From: Candidatus Hydrothermia bacterium | GTDB taxonomy: Bacteria; Hydrothermota; Hydrothermia; UBA1063 | Assembly (NCBI GenBank): GCA_049719805.1 | Contig: JBNARF010000002.1 | Coordinates: 342,628 to 406,627, forward strand | DNA: 64,000 nucleotides | Direction: 5' to 3' | Shown: positions 1-10,651 of the stretch, piece after piece | Position numbering within the stretch: position 1 is the stretch's first letter | Layout: every line of letters begins with the position of its first letter | Made by a program: the position numbers and the translations under genes | The notes under the pieces: model-generated | What the model saw: the letters and a program-made list of their open reading frames with translations, nothing else | The model's database searches: none | What the model was told of the DNA's origin: nothing

Positions 1-134
1 TCTTCCCTGAAATTGATATTGATAAAGTTAAGAAAATCTTTGGAATGGATATTGCAATAGTAACTACAGCAAAAACTGACGAAGAAGCCATGAAGCTCCT
101 TGAGGCTTTTGGCTTTCCTTTTGAAAGGGGGTAG
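1..134 (+). CDS. rplE: 50S ribosomal protein L5, C-terminal fragment (gene begins upstream of window)
   Basis: Frame 3 reads [43 protein letters not shown] with TAG at 132-134. This is a typical L5 C-terminus and lies directly upstream of rpsN, as in spc operons. Confidence 0.8.
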   Translation, partial: FPEIDIDKVKKIFGMDIAIVTTAKTDEEAMKLLEAFGFPFERG

Positions 135-140
135 TAAAAA

Positions 141-329
141 ATGGCAACAAAAGCAAAATTTACCAGGGCATTTAGCATTGAGCCGAAATTTAAGGTAAGG
201 AAGAAGAATCGCTGTAAAATATGCGGAAGACCTCGTGGATACATTCGAAAATTCGGAATTTGCAGAATATGTTTCAGAGAATTAGCGCTTAAGGGCGAAA
301 TCCCGGGTGTTAAAAAGGCGAGCTGGTAA
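141..329 (+). CDS. rpsN: 30S ribosomal protein S14, short Zn-ribbon type (type Z)
   Basis: 61-aa ORF with CKICGRP...CRICFRE (CxxC...CxxC). Position in the spc operon fits. Confidence 0.95.
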   Translation: MATKAKFTRAFSIEPKFKVRKKNRCKICGRPRGYIRKFGICRICFRELALKGEIPGVKKASW

Positions 330-340
330 GGAGGTAAGAC

Positions 341-739
341 ATGTTGACGGACCCAATTGCTGATATGATCACAAGGATAAGAAATTCCGTTAGAGCACGG
401 AAAGAGAAAACTACGATAAAGACAGTTTCTAAATTGAAGCTCGCAATTCTCGACATATTGAAGAGAGAAGGTTATATAAAAGACTACAAAATCTTGACCA
501 TGGATAAGGGTGGAGAAATTGAGGTGACTCTAAATTATCTTACTGGTGGTGTACCTGCTATTAACGATATTCAACGCGTTTCCAAGCCGGGCAGAAGAAT
601 TTACATTACGAAAGATGAAGTTCCCTGGATTAAGAGCGGGATGGGCATCGCTATTATTTCCACCTCCCAGGGGGTAATGACTGACAGAGAAGCAAGAAAG
701 AGAAAAATTGGTGGTGAGTATTTACTTTACGTTTGGTAA
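341..739 (+). CDS. rpsH: 30S ribosomal protein S8
   Basis: N-terminus MLTDPIADMITRIRN is the S8 signature. AAGGAGG SD upstream; operon order fits. Confidence 0.97.
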   Translation: MLTDPIADMITRIRNSVRARKEKTTIKTVSKLKLAILDILKREGYIKDYKILTMDKGGEIEVTLNYLTGGVPAINDIQRVSKPGRRIYITKDEVPWIKSGMGIAIISTSQGVMTDREARKRKIGGEYLLYVW

Positions 740-751
740 GGAGGTAATTAG

Positions 752-1303
752 ATGTCGAGGATCGGAAAAAAACCTATAGAGATTCCAAAAGGAGTTGAAG
801 TTAAAATTGAGGGTAACCGTGTGAAAGTGACGGGTCCAAAAGGGACCCTTGAGACGGAAATTCACCCTGAAATTACCGTCAAAATAGAGGGGAATCAAAT
901 CAAGGTAGAAAGGCCTTCCGATAAGAAGTTTCACCGTGCGCTTCATGGGACTATGAGGCAACTTATCAATAATATGATCGAGGGCGTCACAAAAGGGTTT
1001 TCAAAGGAGCTCGAGATAGTAGGCACAGGATATCGTGCGCGTATGGACGGAAGTAAACTTGTTATAAATATTGGATTTTCCCACCCAGTTGAAATTGATC
1101 CACCTCAAGGGATTCAATTTGAGGTTGAAGGGCAGAATATCATTAAGGTGAAGGGGATAGATAAACAGTTAGTTGGTAATGTAGCAGCAGCGATAAGAGA
1201 TATAAGACCACCTGAACCCTACAAAGGAAAGGGAATAAGATACCGTGGCGAGATCATAAGAAGAAAAGCAGGTAAAGCAGGTGTGAAGGCAGGAGGGAAA
1301 TAA
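752..1303 (+). CDS. rplF: 50S ribosomal protein L6
   Basis: [16 protein letters not shown]-terminus and [11 protein letters not shown] motif. AAGGAGG SD upstream. Confidence 0.97.
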   Translation: MSRIGKKPIEIPKGVEVKIEGNRVKVTGPKGTLETEIHPEITVKIEGNQIKVERPSDKKFHRALHGTMRQLINNMIEGVTKGFSKELEIVGTGYRARMDGSKLVINIGFSHPVEIDPPQGIQFEVEGQNIIKVKGIDKQLVGNVAAAIRDIRPPEPYKGKGIRYRGEIIRRKAGKAGVKAGGK

Positions 1304-1680
1304 TGGATAGGGAAACGAAGGTTTTGAAAAGGAAAAAGAGACACCTTAGGGTCAGAAAAAAGGTAAAAGGTACACCTGAAAGGCCTCGACTCGTGGTTTT
1401 TAAATCTAACAAACATATCTACGCTCAGTTAGTAATTGATCCACCTGTGGGACCCTGTAAGGTGATTACGGGTGCTTCGACCCTTTCTCCTGAAATAAAG
1501 GACCAGTTAAAGACCGTAAAGGGTAAGGTTGAAAAAGCCAGATTGGTTGGGAAGCTTGTGGCACAGAGAGTTCTGGAAAAAGGATTTAAAAAGATTGTAT
1601 TCGATAGAGGTGGTTTCAAATACCACGGTAGAGTTAAGGCCTTGGCTGAAGGAGCCCGTGAAGCAGGGCTTGAATTTTAG
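1303..1680 (+). CDS. rplR: 50S ribosomal protein L18
   Basis: [16 protein letters not shown] and [23 protein letters not shown] are typical L18. The ATG overlaps the rplF TAA by 1 nt. Confidence 0.95.
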   Translation: MDRETKVLKRKKRHLRVRKKVKGTPERPRLVVFKSNKHIYAQLVIDPPVGPCKVITGASTLSPEIKDQLKTVKGKVEKARLVGKLVAQRVLEKGFKKIVFDRGGFKYHGRVKALAEGAREAGLEF

Positions 1681-1693
1681 GGGGTAAGTAGAT

Positions 1694-2245
1694 ATGGCAC
1701 TTTTAGAAGAATTTGAAAGAGAATATACGGAGTTAATTGAGAATATAGTTTATATCAATAGAGTAACGAAGGTAACAAAGGGTGGTAAAAATCTTAAGAT
1801 GTCCGTCTGGGTGGTTGTGGGTGACGGAAACGGAAGAGTAGGGATAGGTCACGGAAAGGCTGCTGAGACTCCAGAGGCTATTCAGAAGGCATTGAGACGC
1901 GCGAGAAAAAGTATGAAGACCTGTGTACTTAAGAACGGTACGATGCCCTATGAAGTTATTGTAAAAGAGGGTGCGTCCAAAATTCTGTTAAAACCAGCTG
2001 CACCAGGAACTGGTATTATTGCCACTCAAGCCGTAAGGTCTGTGCTTGAAGCAGCAGGCTATCAGAATGTTCTAACCAAGTCCCTCGGATCTAATAATCC
2101 CATTAATTTGATGAAGGCAACGTTCAAAGCTATAACGTCTTTAGTCGATCCAGAGAAAGTGGTCAAAGAGAGGGGATTAAATCATGAAAAAGTTTTAAGG
2201 AGGTTTGGCCGTGTCAGACAAGTTGTTGAAGGTGAAACAGATTAA
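1694..2245 (+). CDS. rpsE: 30S ribosomal protein S5
   Basis: [36 protein letters not shown] is an S5 dsRBD-type motif. Operon order fits. Confidence 0.95.
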   Translation: MALLEEFEREYTELIENIVYINRVTKVTKGGKNLKMSVWVVVGDGNGRVGIGHGKAAETPEAIQKALRRARKSMKTCVLKNGTMPYEVIVKEGASKILLKPAAPGTGIIATQAVRSVLEAAGYQNVLTKSLGSNNPINLMKATFKAITSLVDPEKVVKERGLNHEKVLRRFGRVRQVVEGETD

Positions 2246-2411
2246 AAGTTCTATAGATGTTAATAAAAAACACAAGCTAATACTCGAAGCCTTAGGACTT
2301 GGAAGGATAGGAAAAGAAAGAATTCACAGAGACACGCCGCAAATTAGAGGTATGATTGAAAAGGTAAGGTATTTACTTCAGGTTGAGGAAATAGAGGAGG
2401 AGAAAAAATGA
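2211..2411 (+). CDS. rpmD: 50S ribosomal protein L30
   Basis: [30 protein letters not shown] is L30-like. The ORF track begins at TTG 2205, only 1 nt after AAGGAGG (2197-2203). GTG 2211 gives normal SD spacing. Confidence 0.85.
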   Translation: MSDKLLKVKQIKSSIDVNKKHKLILEALGLGRIGKERIHRDTPQIRGMIEKVRYLLQVEEIEEEKK

Positions 2412-2860
2412 CAGATTTAAGTTCTCTTAGTCCTAAAAAAGGTGCAGTGAAGAGAGGAAAGCGTGTTGGTAGAGGCCCCGGTTCTGGTCATGGTAAGACC
2501 TCCTGTAGAGGTCATAAAGGTCAAAAAGCCCGAAGTGGGGGAGCAAAGCCCGTTTGGTTTGAGGGTGGTCAGATGCCGCTCTACAGGAGACTACCAAAAA
2601 GAGGGTTCTATAATCCCTTCCGGGTTGAGTTCCAGGTTATAAACCTCGACACTATTGATAAGTATTTCGAAAGTGGAGAAACAGTAAATAAGGACATGCT
2701 TATAAAAAAGGGTTTGATCAAAGACCTGAGTTTTCCTGTTAAGATACTTGGGAGAGGCGAAATTACAAAAGCTTTAATTTTTGATGTGGATAAAGTCTCG
2801 GAAAGTGCAAAGGAAAAAATTGAAAAAGCGGGTGGTAAGGTAAATGTTAAAGAATCTTGA
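2408..2860 (+). CDS. rplO: 50S ribosomal protein L15
   Basis: Gly/Arg/Lys-rich N-terminus ([24 protein letters not shown]) and [16 protein letters not shown]. Confidence 0.95.
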   Translation: MTDLSSLSPKKGAVKRGKRVGRGPGSGHGKTSCRGHKGQKARSGGAKPVWFEGGQMPLYRRLPKRGFYNPFRVEFQVINLDTIDKYFESGETVNKDMLIKKGLIKDLSFPVKILGRGEITKALIFDVDKVSESAKEKIEKAGGKVNVKES

Positions 2861-4157
2861 TGCTATCCCAAAAGTAGTAGAATTAAGAAAGCGTATCCTA
2901 TTTACATTGTTAATAATCATAATATACAGAGTTGGAACTCATATCCCACTTCCGGGAATTAATGGCGCTGCTCTTGCAGAGTTTTTCAAAGCTCAGTTCA
3001 CTGGCACAATCTTTGGTCTTTACGACATATTTGTTGGCGGTGCGCTACAAAGGGCAGCCATCTTTGGAGCGGGAATAATGCCTTACATTTCCGCTTCCAT
3101 TATCATTCAGCTCCTTACCACTACATGGCCCTATTTAGAGAGGCTTTACAAAGAAGGAGAACATGGTAGGCGTTTGATAAACAGGTACACTCGTTATTTT
3201 ACGGTGGTTGTAGCTGGAATACAGGCTTTCGGTATCGCACTTTTTCTCCAGAGCGTTGTTGCACCTTCAGGTGCAAGGGTGGTCCCAAATCCTGGCCCTG
3301 GTTTTATGTTTCAGACCATTGTTTCTCTTGTGGCAGGTACCTTGTTCTTAATGTGGCTTGGCGAGCAAATAACAGATAATGGAATTGGTAACGGAATATC
3401 CGTTCTAATATTTGCAGGTTCACTGGACTCTATACCATATGAATTTTCACAGACTATACAACTTCTGAAAACAGGATCTATTTCGCCCTTAGCTTTTCTA
3501 TTCCTGATTGTAATCATTGTTTTAACAGTTGCTGGCGTGGTTCTTATAACAGAAGCTCAGAGAAGAATACCCATTCAATACGCCAAAAGGGTAGTAGGAC
3601 GAAGGGTCTACGGTGGTCAGTCTACATATTTACCCCTTACCCTTAATACTGCAGGAGTAATTCCGATAATCTTTGCTCAAACGATCTTGATGATTCCCAG
3701 TAATATTTTTATGTTTATGAAAGTTGAATCCCTCCAGAACCTGGTGGCAAAATTCAGGCCAGGAAATCTACTATATGACCTCATATATGCTTTATTGATT
3801 GTTTTCTTCGCATACTACTATACGTCCATCGTACTGAACCCTAAGGATCTTGCAGATAACTTGCAGAGGTATTCAGGTTTCATTCCAGGTGTAAGGCCCG
3901 GTCAAAAGACCGCTGAGTACATCGACAGAGTTATGAGCAGAATTCTGTTACCTGGTGCTCTAGCTTTCGCGATAATTGCTATAGTACCTTATCATCTTAT
4001 GAAATGGACGAACGCTCCTCTTTATTTTGGTGGAACCAGAATTTTAATTATTGTGGGTGTAGCGCTGGAGCTGATGCAACAAATCAATTCCTATTTAATA
4101 ATGAATCAGTATGAAGGTCTTCTTAAGAAAGGTAAAATAAGAGGATGGAGAGGCTGA
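2844..4157 (+). CDS. secY: preprotein translocase subunit SecY
   Basis: 437-aa polytopic membrane protein with GIMPYISASII and GEQITDNGIGNGISVLIF motifs. Lies after rplO. Confidence 0.97.
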   Translation: MLKNLDAIPKVVELRKRILFTLLIIIIYRVGTHIPLPGINGAALAEFFKAQFTGTIFGLYDIFVGGALQRAAIFGAGIMPYISASIIIQLLTTTWPYLERLYKEGEHGRRLINRYTRYFTVVVAGIQAFGIALFLQSVVAPSGARVVPNPGPGFMFQTIVSLVAGTLFLMWLGEQITDNGIGNGISVLIFAGSLDSIPYEFSQTIQLLKTGSISPLAFLFLIVIIVLTVAGVVLITEAQRRIPIQYAKRVVGRRVYGGQSTYLPLTLNTAGVIPIIFAQTILMIPSNIFMFMKVESLQNLVAKFRPGNLLYDLIYALLIVFFAYYYTSIVLNPKDLADNLQRYSGFIPGVRPGQKTAEYIDRVMSRILLPGALAFAIIAIVPYHLMKWTNAPLYFGGTRILIIVGVALELMQQINSYLIMNQYEGLLKKGKIRGWRG

Positions 4158-4789
4158 GACTCGTATTTCTCGGACCCCCAGGGGCTGGCAAGGGTACCCA
4201 GGCTGATAGACTTGAAAGGGAATTCGGTATCGTTAAAATTTCAACAGGTGATATTTTGAGGGAAGCCGTCTCACTAGGAACTACATTGGGAGAAATTGCT
4301 CGTGTCTACATGGAAAGAGGTGAACTTGTACCGGACGATATTATCATAGGACTTGTGAGGGAAAAAATCGTAGACCTTGATGAATTTGTATTAGACGGTT
4401 TCCCTAGAAACGTAAATCAAGCTGAGGGCCTTGATAGACTATTGGGTGTAATTGATAAAAAGATAACAGCGGCAGTATATTTTGAAGTTCCTGACGAAGA
4501 AGTTAAAAGGAGGCTCCTTGCCAGGAGGATATGCCCGAAGTGCAAAAAGGTCTATAATTTGATAACCGATCCACCGAAAGAAGATGAGTTATGCAATGAT
4601 TGCAAAGTAAAACTGGAAAGAAGGTCTGATGATAATGAGGAGACAATAGAGAACAGGTTAAAAGTTTATTACGAACTAACAAAACCTCTTTTAACTTATT
4701 ATGGTGAGAAGGGTGTTCTGGTTAAAATTGATGGAAGTGGATCGCCCGATGAGGTATATCAAAACCTCTTAAGGGTTTTAAAGCGATGA
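4145..4789 (+). CDS. adk: adenylate kinase with Zn-binding lid
   Basis: P-loop GPPGAGKGTQ. Lid has CPKC...CNDC. Confidence 0.97.
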   Translation: MERLRLVFLGPPGAGKGTQADRLEREFGIVKISTGDILREAVSLGTTLGEIARVYMERGELVPDDIIIGLVREKIVDLDEFVLDGFPRNVNQAEGLDRLLGVIDKKITAAVYFEVPDEEVKRRLLARRICPKCKKVYNLITDPPKEDELCNDCKVKLERRSDDNEETIENRLKVYYELTKPLLTYYGEKGVLVKIDGSGSPDEVYQNLLRVLKR

Positions 4790-5544
4790 TATACATAAAA
4801 AAGAGTAAGGAAATAGACTGGATAAGAAAATCTTCGGAAATCCTCCGGAAGGTCTTCGAAAAAGTGGATTCAGAGATAAGGGTAGGACTAAAAGCAAAAG
4901 AACTTGATGAAATAATTCACGATGAGATCCGGCGTATGGGTGCGGAGCCTGCCTTTTTGGGATACAGGGGGTATCCAGCATCCAGCTGTATTTCGTTCAA
5001 TGAAGAGGTGGTACATGGAATACCCGATGAAAGGCGTTTTGAGAGGGGAGATGTAATCAAAGTGGATATAGGGGTAAGATATAAAGGATATTTTAGTGAT
5101 GCAGCAAAAACTTATTATCTTAATGATAATAATAACCTTGACGTCAATAGACTTCTGAATGGGACAAAACTTGCACTTTTAAATGGTATGGAAGCTATAA
5201 GGGAAGGAATTAAGCTAGGTAATGTTTCTAATGCCATTGAAAAGACGGCAAAGATGTTTAACCTGGGTGTTATTAAACTTTTAGGCGGGCATGGTGTTGG
5301 TATTTTCCTCCACGAAGATCCTTTCGTCCCTAATTTTGGCGAACCAGAAGTTGGACCTGTTTTGAAGGAAGGCTATGTTCTTGCCATTGAGCCCATGTTT
5401 TCTCTTGGAACAGGGGAAGTGAAAGAAAAGGGTGATGGGTGGACTTACGTAACTCGTGATGGTTCACTGGCAGCGCATTTTGAAGAAACGGTTCTTGTTA
5501 CAAAATATGGTTATGAAAATTTAACAAAGGTGGTTTATGGATAA
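4786..5544 (+). CDS. map: methionine aminopeptidase, type I
   Basis: Pita-bread fold motifs VVHGIP, DIGV..GYFSDAA, GHGVG and a LAIEP-type region. Position after adk fits. Confidence 0.93.
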   Translation: MIYIKKSKEIDWIRKSSEILRKVFEKVDSEIRVGLKAKELDEIIHDEIRRMGAEPAFLGYRGYPASSCISFNEEVVHGIPDERRFERGDVIKVDIGVRYKGYFSDAAKTYYLNDNNNLDVNRLLNGTKLALLNGMEAIREGIKLGNVSNAIEKTAKMFNLGVIKLLGGHGVGIFLHEDPFVPNFGEPEVGPVLKEGYVLAIEPMFSLGTGEVKEKGDGWTYVTRDGSLAAHFEETVLVTKYGYENLTKVVYG

Positions 5545-5758
5545 TAAAAAGAATGTAATAAAGATGGAAGGGACCGTGAAGGAAGTTTTACCTAATGCTA
5601 TGTTTAGAGTCACGCTGGACAACGGAGTTACAGTACTTGCTCACATTTCAGGTAAAATGAGAATGAACTTTATCAAAATCCTTCCAGGGGATAGAGTGAT
5701 CGTAGAACTCTCACCCTACGACCTCACAAGGGGTCGAATTGTTTACAGGTATAAGTAG
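5537..5758 (+). CDS. infA: translation initiation factor IF-1
   Basis: 72-aa S1-like protein: [16 protein letters not shown]...[30 protein letters not shown]. Confidence 0.97.
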   Translation: MDNKKNVIKMEGTVKEVLPNAMFRVTLDNGVTVLAHISGKMRMNFIKILPGDRVIVELSPYDLTRGRIVYRYK

Positions 5759-5767
5759 GTTTTTGTT

Positions 5768-5796
5768 TTGACTTTACTTATCCATTGCTATAAAAT
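5768..5796 (+). promoter_or_regulatory. candidate sigma70-type promoter internal to the r-protein cluster (upstream of rpmJ-rpsM-rpsK-rpsD-rpoA-rplQ)
   Basis: TTGACT (5768-5773), 17-nt spacer, TAAAAT (5791-5796), in the 67-nt infA-rpmJ gap. Confidence 0.4.
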
Positions 5797-5825
5797 AATT
5801 TAACTTTCTAACGGGGGTATATTTT

Positions 5826-5939
5826 ATGAAAGTAAGATCATCAGTTAAAAAAATTTGCAACAAATGCAAGATTATTAAGAGAAAAGGCAGAGTTATGGTG
5901 ATCTGTGAAAATCCGAAGCATAAGCAAAGACAAGGATAG
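5826..5939 (+). CDS. rpmJ: 50S ribosomal protein L36 (Zn-binding form)
   Basis: Absent from the ORF track because it is under 60 aa. ATG 5826 to TAG 5937-5939 encodes [44 protein letters not shown] lies 8 nt upstream. Confidence 0.92.
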   Translation: MKVRSSVKKICNKCKIIKRKGRVMVICENPKHKQRQG

Positions 5940-5947
5940 GGGGAAAA

Positions 5948-6325
5948 ATGGCAAGAATTGCAGGCGTTGATTTGCCAAGAGATAAGAAGATATTAATAGC
6001 ACTTACATATATTTATGGAATTGGACTTTCTACGGCAAAGAAAATACTGGAGGCTACTCAGATATCACCTGACAAAAGGACCAAGGATCTTACTCCCGAA
6101 GAAGTGGCAAAGTTGAGGGATGAAGTGGCAAAGTATAAAGTTGAGGGTGCTTTAAGAGCGGAGATTCAAAGAAATATCAAAAGGCTTATTGATATAGGCT
6201 GTTACAGAGGTCTAAGACATCAGGCAGGACTTCCCGTTCGAGGTCAAAGAACAAGGTGCAATGCAAGAACGAGAAAAGGTCCCAGGGGTAATATGTTTAA
6301 GAAGAAGAAAACCACGGGCAAATAA
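5948..6325 (+). CDS. rpsM: 30S ribosomal protein S13
   Basis: [14 protein letters not shown] and [19 protein letters not shown] motifs. Confidence 0.97.
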   Translation: MARIAGVDLPRDKKILIALTYIYGIGLSTAKKILEATQISPDKRTKDLTPEEVAKLRDEVAKYKVEGALRAEIQRNIKRLIDIGCYRGLRHQAGLPVRGQRTRCNARTRKGPRGNMFKKKKTTGK

Positions 6326-6338
6326 GGGAGGCTTTTAG

Positions 6339-6749
6339 ATGGCAACGCAGAAAGGTTCAAGAGAATCTCAGGCACAAAAAAGGAAGAGAAAAGCTAAAGC
6401 AATTGAACCTATAGGTATCGCTCATATTCAGTCTACTTTCAACAATACCATAGTTACTATTACTGATTTAAAGGGCAATGTAATTACCTGGGCTAGTGGA
6501 GGAACCGTCGGATTTTCAGGCACCAGAAAAGGTACTCCCTTTGCTGCTGGCGCTGCCGCACAGAAGGCGGCTAAAGAGGCTAAGGACTTAGGACTTCAAA
6601 AGGTTGAAGTTTGGGTTAAAGGTCCTGGCCCTGGCAGGGAAACGGCTATAAGAGCTATTCAGTCTGCCGGACTTGAAGTTATTGGAATAAAAGACGTTAC
6701 ACCTATACCACACAATGGTTGTAGGCCACCAAAAAGAAGGAGGGTCTAG
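6339..6749 (+). CDS. rpsK: 30S ribosomal protein S11
   Basis: [18 protein letters not shown] and [13 protein letters not shown] motifs. Confidence 0.97.
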   Translation: MATQKGSRESQAQKRKRKAKAIEPIGIAHIQSTFNNTIVTITDLKGNVITWASGGTVGFSGTRKGTPFAAGAAAQKAAKEAKDLGLQKVEVWVKGPGPGRETAIRAIQSAGLEVIGIKDVTPIPHNGCRPPKRRRV

Positions 6750-6755
6750 GAAAAC

Positions 6756-7385
6756 ATGGCACGTTATACGGGTCCCAAATGTAGGTTATGTAGAAGAGAG
6801 GGAATTAAATTATTTTTGAGGGGAGAACGTTGCAAAACCAGTAAATGTGCCCTGGAGAGGAGAAAGTCTGTCCCGGGCGCCCCACCAACTGCAGCTAGAA
6901 AAAAGTTGTCTATTTACGGGATTCAGCTTAGAGAAAAGCAAAAAGTAAAGAGGATTTACGGAGTTCTGGAGGCTCAATTTAAGAGATACTTTGAGATGGC
7001 AAGGAAAATGCCCGGTAATACTGGAGAAAATCTGCTTTCCCTTCTTGAAAGAAGACTTGACAATGTTTGCTTTTTGCTTGGATTCGCTAGTTCTCGTAAT
7101 CAAGCCAGGCAGCTGGTGAGACACGGTCATGTATTGGTAAACGGGAAAAAGGTTGATATACCTTCTTACCTTGTTAATGTAAATGATGTCATCGAAGTAA
7201 GAGAGTCTTCTCGTGATATTCCTTTTGTGGTGGAAAATTTAGAAGCAAGAAGTCCTTTCGATGTTCCAACGTGGCTTGAACTTGACAAAGAACATTTCAG
7301 GGGAAGGGTTGTCCGCTTGCCAGAGAGAAGTGACATTACCTTTGCCATTAATGAAACACTAATTGTTGAGCTTTACTCCAAGTAA
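6756..7385 (+). CDS. rpsD: 30S ribosomal protein S4 (N-terminal Cys cluster form)
   Basis: [23 protein letters not shown]-terminus plus an S4 RNA-binding domain (RRLDNV...[20 protein letters not shown]). Confidence 0.97.
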   Translation: MARYTGPKCRLCRREGIKLFLRGERCKTSKCALERRKSVPGAPPTAARKKLSIYGIQLREKQKVKRIYGVLEAQFKRYFEMARKMPGNTGENLLSLLERRLDNVCFLLGFASSRNQARQLVRHGHVLVNGKKVDIPSYLVNVNDVIEVRESSRDIPFVVENLEARSPFDVPTWLELDKEHFRGRVVRLPERSDITFAINETLIVELYSK

Positions 7386-7394
7386 GGAGGCACT

Positions 7395-8411
7395 ATGCTC
7401 AAGTACAATCCGCAGGATCAGATAGATTTCAGCTTTATAAAGGAAATAAAGTACGTTTTTCCCCTTGGCGTTTATAAGGAAGAATTAGTACAAGATTACG
7501 GAAGATTCCAGTTTACTCCTCTGGAAAGGGGTTTCGGACACACCATTGGGAATGCCCTGAGAAGGGTTATGCTTTCCTCAATTCCCGGTTATAGTATAGT
7601 GGGTGTAAAGATAGATGGGGTTTCACATGAATTCTCAACAATAAATGGAGTTTACGAGGATGTTACGCAGATAGTTCTCAATCTTAAAAAAGTTAGGCTC
7701 AAGTTTGAATCCGATGTTGAAGACTCAGCCTTTTTAAGAATAACTGCGACGGATAAAAGGGAATATAAAGCAGGGGATATAAAAGCTCCTTCATATGTAA
7801 AGATTCTCAATCCTGAGCAGCATCTTTTTACTATTACCGGTGAGGATACAGTTGTTAACATGGAGCTATACGCTGTGAGGGGAAGGGGATATGTTCCTGC
7901 TGAGGAAATAGATCTACAGGAACTTCCGGTGGGATATATTAAGATTGATGGCATTTTTTCTCCGGTTACCAAAGTTAATTTCACTGTAGAGAATGTTAGA
8001 ATAAAGGCCAGGACAGATTTTGAAAAGCTTATTTTAGAAGTATGGACTGACGGTTCGGTCACTCCTGATGAAGTTCTGAAATACTCCGTAGATCTTCTTA
8101 TAGACGTCTTTTCTAGATTTTATAAAGAAACAGAACTGTTTAAAGAAGTTAAGCCAGTTATAGACTATGAGTATAAGATGAGAGTCAAAGAGCTTCTTGA
8201 GAAGGACATTGATGAACTTGAGCTTTCCAGGAGATTACTGAATATCCTGAAAGATGAAGGTATACACAAGATCAAGGAATTGGTGACACTTTCCAAGGAT
8301 CATCTTTTGAAAATGAGGAACATGGGAGAGAAATCCGTTAAGGAGATCGAGGAAAAGCTACGGGAATTCGGTTTGACCTTTGACATGAATATCAGGGAAT
8401 TTGAAGATTAG
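7395..8411 (+). CDS. rpoA: DNA-directed RNA polymerase subunit alpha
   Basis: 338 aa. N-terminal domain has FQFTPLERGFGHTIGNALRRVMLSSIPG. C-terminal domain has LELSRRLLNILKDEGIHKIKEL. Confidence 0.97.
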   Translation: MLKYNPQDQIDFSFIKEIKYVFPLGVYKEELVQDYGRFQFTPLERGFGHTIGNALRRVMLSSIPGYSIVGVKIDGVSHEFSTINGVYEDVTQIVLNLKKVRLKFESDVEDSAFLRITATDKREYKAGDIKAPSYVKILNPEQHLFTITGEDTVVNMELYAVRGRGYVPAEEIDLQELPVGYIKIDGIFSPVTKVNFTVENVRIKARTDFEKLILEVWTDGSVTPDEVLKYSVDLLIDVFSRFYKETELFKEVKPVIDYEYKMRVKELLEKDIDELELSRRLLNILKDEGIHKIKELVTLSKDHLLKMRNMGEKSVKEIEEKLREFGLTFDMNIREFED

Positions 8412-8422
8412 GAGGAAGGTCA

Positions 8423-8812
8423 ATGAGACACTTAAAGAAAGTCAAAAAATTAGGAATGGTTAAGGAGCATAGAAGAGCCGTTTTGAGAAATCAGGTAATG
8501 TCACTCTTTATACATGGCAGGATTGTCACGACTTTGCCCAAGGCTAAGGAAACCAGAAGGCTTGCAGAGAAATTAATTACTATTGCAAAAAAGAAAGATT
8601 TATCAGCGGTAAGACTTGCTGCAACTTACATTAATGATAGAAAAATTTTAGAAAGATTATTTAAAGAAATTGCTCCCATTTTTGAGGGTAAAGAAGGAGG
8701 TTATACAAGGATACTGAGGCTCCCACCCAGGAAGGGAGACAATGCAAGAATGGCTATTTTGGAGCTCGTGGAAAAGCCTTCTAAACCTTTTGAGACCAAA
8801 GCGAAAGGCTGA
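8423..8812 (+). CDS. rplQ: 50S ribosomal protein L17
   Basis: MRHLKKVKKLG...HRRAVLRN and GGYTRILRL motifs. Confidence 0.96.
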   Translation: MRHLKKVKKLGMVKEHRRAVLRNQVMSLFIHGRIVTTLPKAKETRRLAEKLITIAKKKDLSAVRLAATYINDRKILERLFKEIAPIFEGKEGGYTRILRLPPRKGDNARMAILELVEKPSKPFETKAKG

Positions 8813-8837
8813 TAATATCAGCCTTTCGCTTTTTTTC
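8802..8837 (+). terminator. rho-independent terminator closing the r-protein cluster
   Basis: A perfect 12-bp stem, CGAAAGGCTGAT (8802-8813) paired with ATCAGCCTTTCG (8817-8828), with a 3-nt loop, followed by CTTTTTTT. It overlaps the rplQ stop codon. Confidence 0.8.
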
Positions 8838-8896
8838 ACTTTTATATTCTTTTACAAGATTACTTCTTTTAATCCCTTTTATCCCTGGAGGTCTTC

Positions 8897-10642
8897 ATGA
8901 AAATAAAACAATTATTATCTGGCAATGAAGCTATTGCCAGAGGAGCCTGGGAAGCGGGTGTTCGGGTTGCCACGGCTTACCCGGGTACTCCGTCTACAGA
9001 AATACTTGAAAATATTGCAAAGTATGATGAAATATATGCTGAATGGTCAACTAATGAGAAAGTTGCTTTTGAGGTAGCCCTTGGAGCTGCCATCGCCGGG
9101 GCGCGAAGTATTACCTCAATGAAACACGTGGGATTAAATGTCGCCGCTGATCCCCTTTTTACCTCTTCGTATACAGGAATAAATGCCGGTTTTGTGATTG
9201 TAACCTGTGACGATCCTGGAATGCATTCCTCTCAGAATGAACAGGATAACAGAAGATATGCGAAGTTTGCAAAATTGCCCCTCATAGAGCCATCGGATTC
9301 TCAGGAAGCAAAGGATTTTTTAAAGGAGGCCTTTAAAATTTCGGAGATGTTTGATACTCCTGTGCTTTTTAGAATGACTACAAGGCTCTCCCATTCTAAG
9401 ACCGTGGTGGAACTTGGTGATAGAGAGGAGGTTCCCCTTAGAGATTATGTCAAGGATTTCAAGAAATATGTGATACTTCCAGCCAATGCAAAAGTAAGGC
9501 ATTATATTGTAGAAGAAAGGCTTAAAAAACTCAGAGAATTCGCAAACAGTACCTGGCTAAATCGAATTGAAGAGGGAAATAAATCCCTGGGGATTGTAAC
9601 CAGTGGCATTTCATATCAGTATGCGAGAGAAGTTTTCCCTGATGCCACTTTTCTTAAGCTTGGAATGTCTTTTCCTTTCCCCGATGAACTTTTCAAAAAA
9701 TTCGCAGCTATGGTTGATAGAATCATCGTTATCGAAGAAAATGAGCCTTTCCTGGAAGAGGAAATAAAAATTCTTGGATATAGAGGCGTTGAAGGTAAAA
9801 AGTACATTCCCCTTTGTGATGAACTGTCACCCGACGTTGTGAGAAAGGGTGTTCTTGGAGAAGAACTTCCTCACCCCGAACCAGTAAAGGCTGTTATGCG
9901 GCCCCCCGTTTTCTGTGCAGGATGTCCACATACGGGTATATTTTACAATTTGTGGAGGCTTAAGGTAACTGTTACTGGGGATATTGGATGCTATACCTTG
10001 AGTGCCCTACCACCTTATGAATCCATAGATACTACAATCTGTATGGGAGCAGGCATTACTAATGCTTTTGGATTTGAGTTAGCACGCGGGAAAGAGTTTG
10101 CAAAGAAACTCTTCGGGGTGATAGGTGATTCTACTTTCCTTCACACTGGTATACCTGGGCTTATAGACATTGTTTACAATAAAGGTATTACAAAAATAAT
10201 CATTCTGGACAACAGGATAACGGCAATGACAGGCCATCAGGACCATCCGGGAACGGGTAGGACTGCTAAGGGAGAACCAACTAAGTCTGTAGATCTTAAA
10301 GAAATTGTAAAAGCTTCTGGTATTCAAAAGGTTTATGAAGTTGATCCTCACGACCTGCGGGGTACCAGGGAGATTATGAAAGAGGTACTCGAGTTTGATG
10401 AACCTGCAGTAATCATTTCTAAAAGACCATGTGCCTTGCTCCCTGAAGAAAGAAGAAAGCAGGCCCAGAGGCCAAAGCGAAAAGTAAATACTGAGGTATG
10501 CAGGGGCGAAAAATGTATGGGTTGCATAAAGCTGGGATGCCCGGCTATAAGTATGAAAGATGGGAAGGCCTTTATCTCAGATCTTCTATGTGTTGGATGT
10601 GATCTGTGTATCCAGGTGTGCCCCTTCGGGGCTATTTCGTAG
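8897..10642 (+). CDS. iorA: indolepyruvate:ferredoxin oxidoreductase, alpha subunit
   Basis: 581 aa. N-terminus GNEAIARGAWEAGVRVATAYPGTPSTEI. TPP-binding region GDSTFLHTG. C-terminal double 4Fe-4S Cys motifs (CxxCxxCxxxCP type: CVGCDLCIQVCP). Confidence 0.85.
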   Translation: MKIKQLLSGNEAIARGAWEAGVRVATAYPGTPSTEILENIAKYDEIYAEWSTNEKVAFEVALGAAIAGARSITSMKHVGLNVAADPLFTSSYTGINAGFVIVTCDDPGMHSSQNEQDNRRYAKFAKLPLIEPSDSQEAKDFLKEAFKISEMFDTPVLFRMTTRLSHSKTVVELGDREEVPLRDYVKDFKKYVILPANAKVRHYIVEERLKKLREFANSTWLNRIEEGNKSLGIVTSGISYQYAREVFPDATFLKLGMSFPFPDELFKKFAAMVDRIIVIEENEPFLEEEIKILGYRGVEGKKYIPLCDELSPDVVRKGVLGEELPHPEPVKAVMRPPVFCAGCPHTGIFYNLWRLKVTVTGDIGCYTLSALPPYESIDTTICMGAGITNAFGFELARGKEFAKKLFGVIGDSTFLHTGIPGLIDIVYNKGITKIIILDNRITAMTGHQDHPGTGRTAKGEPTKSVDLKEIVKASGIQKVYEVDPHDLRGTREIMKEVLEFDEPAVIISKRPCALLPEERRKQAQRPKRKVNTEVCRGEKCMGCIKLGCPAISMKDGKAFISDLLCVGCDLCIQVCPFGAIS

Positions 10643-10651
10643 GAGGATGGT

